From Dehalococcoidia bacterium (lineage in GTDB: Bacteria > Chloroflexota > Dehalococcoidia > SM23-28-2 > RBG-16-64-32), in the NCBI GenBank assembly GCA_963665775.2, contig CAXXTF010000002.1:1-64000 (forward strand): a DNA stretch of 64,000 nucleotides. Reading direction: 5' to 3'. Shown piece after piece: positions 61,926 through 64,000 of the stretch. A model generated the notes under the pieces. The model was not told where the DNA came from. It did no database searches and was given only the letters and a program-made list of their open reading frames with translations. Made by a program: the position numbers and the translations under genes. Position 1 is the stretch's first letter, and every line of letters starts with the position of its first letter.

Positions 61926-62042
61926 CTCCGAGTCCAGCTCGTCGTTCGGGCGGGCCAAGGCAGGCTTCCCTGTCCATTTTCACTCACAGCGGATGCCGCA
62001 TATAATGGCACTAACCGTTCAAGGAAGGGAGGTCGCCTACCA

Positions 62043-62309
62043 ATGAGTTGTGGCATCGTTCACGAAGGGAACATCCGCAGCGAAATCCTCATGGAAGAGG
62101 TCCCTTGGAAATCGATGGATGAGGTCCGGGTTGAGAGGTTGGAGCACGATGGCGACACGTACTATGTCATCGCCCTCTACCCGGAGGGTAGAGACGGACC
62201 TAGCCAGGTCCATTCTGTTTGGCGTAGTCTGAACGAGCCGCGGTCGTATATCGCGATGAATAGTCCGCCACTGCCCCCAGCTGGTGGGCACATGCAGCGG
62301 ACTTCGTGA
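62043..62309 (+). CDS. Hypothetical protein
   Basis: SD GGGAGG upstream; plausible globular composition. Confidence 0.4.
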   Translation: MSCGIVHEGNIRSEILMEEVPWKSMDEVRVERLEHDGDTYYVIALYPEGRDGPSQVHSVWRSLNEPRSYIAMNSPPLPPAGGHMQRTS

Positions 62310-62575
62310 TCGCTGGCGACGCTTCGCGCTCACCCAGGCCCACCATTCGCCAGAGGCACAAGCATATCGTGACCGTCGCGAGGCCATTCGCGCCATCTTG
62401 AGGCTTTGGCAAAAGTGTACTCTCTCCCCCAACAGACTCCAGTCAGCCTGGGCGGCTTGAGGGTTGACATAGGAGCATCACATAGTGTGCATGATCAGTC
62501 TTGGCAGCTATTGTAGAATGGGCATGAGCGGAGCCCGCCGGAACATACCAGCAGCCAGGGATCGGAAACCCTATT

Positions 62576-63436
62576 TTGCCCTCGCCAACTGCAATAGAGG
62601 TGAAGCACTTCTTGCAATCCCAGCGTGTTGCCCAGCTGGGGACGGTTGATGAGAATGGCCGGCCTCACGTGGTGCCGATCGTCTTCGTCTATGCCGATGG
62701 ACGATTGTACACACCGATCGACAAGAAGCCCAAGTCGGTCGCCCCCGAAGGCCTTCGGCGGGTGCAGAACATCCTCCACAGCCAGCACGTACAGATTCTG
62801 GTCCACAACTACGACGAGGACTGGAGCCGCCTGGGATATGTGCAGCTTAGAGGGCGTGCCGAGCTGCTAAAGCCCGGATACGAGCACCGGCGCGCACTCA
62901 GGCTCTTGGAACGCAAGTACCCGCAATATTCAGACTTGCCGCTTGAGGGATGCCCAATCATCAAGGTAAGTATTGAGCGTACGCTGACCTGGGGACGGCT
63001 AGAGCGACCGGCAAGTGATGTAGCGGTCGGACCATCTCCCGTGACTGTGGACGGCGTGAAACAGGTGTCCGCCGGTGAACGCGTCGCTTTCCGGGCGAAA
63101 GTCATACGCACCTGGGTCGTGGGCGACACTGTTTCCGCCTTAGTGGGAGATGCCACGGGCCTGACGCGCATCGAGGTGGGTAGCCGGCCGATTGAAGAAG
63201 AGGCCAGTTACAGTTTCTGGAATGGTCTTGTGCGGGAGCACGAAGGTGGCTGGCGCAGCGTGGCCCTCGACTCAGCAAGTCGAGTACGGCTGCTTCGTCG
63301 ACGTGTGCTGGTCGCGGCACCTGCCAACTATATAGAACGGGTGAGTCGCATCCTGATGACGATGGATCGCAAGCGGAGCCAACCTCCCTCGCGAAATCGC
63401 ACGGTGCCTCAGGCTAAGCCAAGGGTAAGGCGCTAG
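62576..63436 (+). CDS. PPOX-class F420-dependent oxidoreductase (Rv0121-like) fused to an OB-fold-like domain
   Basis: RVAQLGTVD..GRPHVVPIVF, IDKKPK, LRRVQNI, YDEDWSRL..VQLRG, KYPQY; C-terminal RAKVIRTW...LVGDATG. Confidence 0.85.
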   Translation: MPSPTAIEVKHFLQSQRVAQLGTVDENGRPHVVPIVFVYADGRLYTPIDKKPKSVAPEGLRRVQNILHSQHVQILVHNYDEDWSRLGYVQLRGRAELLKPGYEHRRALRLLERKYPQYSDLPLEGCPIIKVSIERTLTWGRLERPASDVAVGPSPVTVDGVKQVSAGERVAFRAKVIRTWVVGDTVSALVGDATGLTRIEVGSRPIEEEASYSFWNGLVREHEGGWRSVALDSASRVRLLRRRVLVAAPANYIERVSRILMTMDRKRSQPPSRNRTVPQAKPRVRR

Positions 63437-63445
63437 GGAGCTACA

Positions 63446-64000
63446 ATGCCGAATGGCAACCGTGAAGTAGAGGCCGCCTGGGCCTATCACAACAGCACCA
63501 AGCATTCCTTTGAGAGCGTGCATTCCAGCCACCATTTCTTGGATTGGCAGAACAAGCCCGTGCCGTTCAAGCTCTATCCGGACCTAGAGCCCATACCCCT
63601 CCCGCGTCCGACACAAGTTTCCGATATGCCTGCCTTGGCGGCTTTGAAGGGCGGCACCCGGGAGATCCCGGCTCGGCAAACGTTAAATCGCACGTTCCTA
63701 TCGACTCTTCTTCACTATTCAGCAGGTATTACCAGGCATGTACGTTATCCGCAGGGGGAGCTGGCCTTCCGAGCCGCCTCGTGCACAGGGGCCCTGTACC
63801 ACATAGACCTCTATCTGGTCTGCGGCGATCTCCCTGATCTGCCAGCAGGGGTCTACCAGTTTGGTGTCCATGACCATGCCCTACGTCAGCTACGTCGAGG
63901 CGACTTCCGCGATGAGTTGGATTCCCTGTCGGGCGGCCAATCCGGCGTAGTCCAATCTCCCTTGACCATGATCTGTACCAGTACTTTCTGGCGGAACTCG
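63446..64000 (+). CDS. SagB/ThcOx-family nitroreductase-like dehydrogenase (runs off window)
   Basis: YHNSTKH, LDWQNKPVPFKLY, FRAASCTGALYHIDLY, PAGVY; not in the ORF track because no stop lies in the window. Confidence 0.9.
   Translation, partial: MPNGNREVEAAWAYHNSTKHSFESVHSSHHFLDWQNKPVPFKLYPDLEPIPLPRPTQVSDMPALAALKGGTREIPARQTLNRTFLSTLLHYSAGITRHVRYPQGELAFRAASCTGALYHIDLYLVCGDLPDLPAGVYQFGVHDHALRQLRRGDFRDELDSLSGGQSGVVQSPLTMICTSTFWRNS

Noticed and set aside
63446-64000. RiPP (azole) biosynthetic cluster
   Set aside because: No YcaO, precursor peptide or E1-like gene in the window; stand-alone SagB-like genes are common. The downstream context is not visible.

Overview
GC-rich bacterial DNA whose gene content (TAT-exported family-5 solute-binding lipoprotein, family III CoA-transferases, Cys-less thiolase-like proteins, F420-type PPOX enzyme, dockerin protein, UPF0182, archease-RtcB) points to Chloroflexota, probably Dehalococcoidia/SAR202-like (inference). 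The window is an eroded mosaic: intact single genes (typA, rtcB, MFS transporters, a molybdoenzyme) alternate with more than a dozen gene remnants. Mobile DNA comprises two IS1380 copies, two near-identical but defective IS3 copies in inverted orientation around a broken Ser/Thr kinase, a probable IS1595 end, and a dispersed ~30-bp TGT-ended repeat resembling orphan transposon ends. The best candidate for an undescribed system is at 2361-6237: a large secreted acidic protein with a C-terminal dockerin pair, followed by a single-cohesin protein with an LPxTG-type anchor. This looks like non-cellulosomal cohesin-dockerin surface (possibly S-layer) anchoring. Other highlights are a plasmid-type ParA-RHH cassette with 7-bp-periodic GTNNAC sites, a PPOX/F420 enzyme fused to an RPA-like OB fold, and apparent ACG/CTG start codons. 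No tRNA, rRNA or CRISPR array was seen. All family calls come from motif recognition by eye; no database searches were run.
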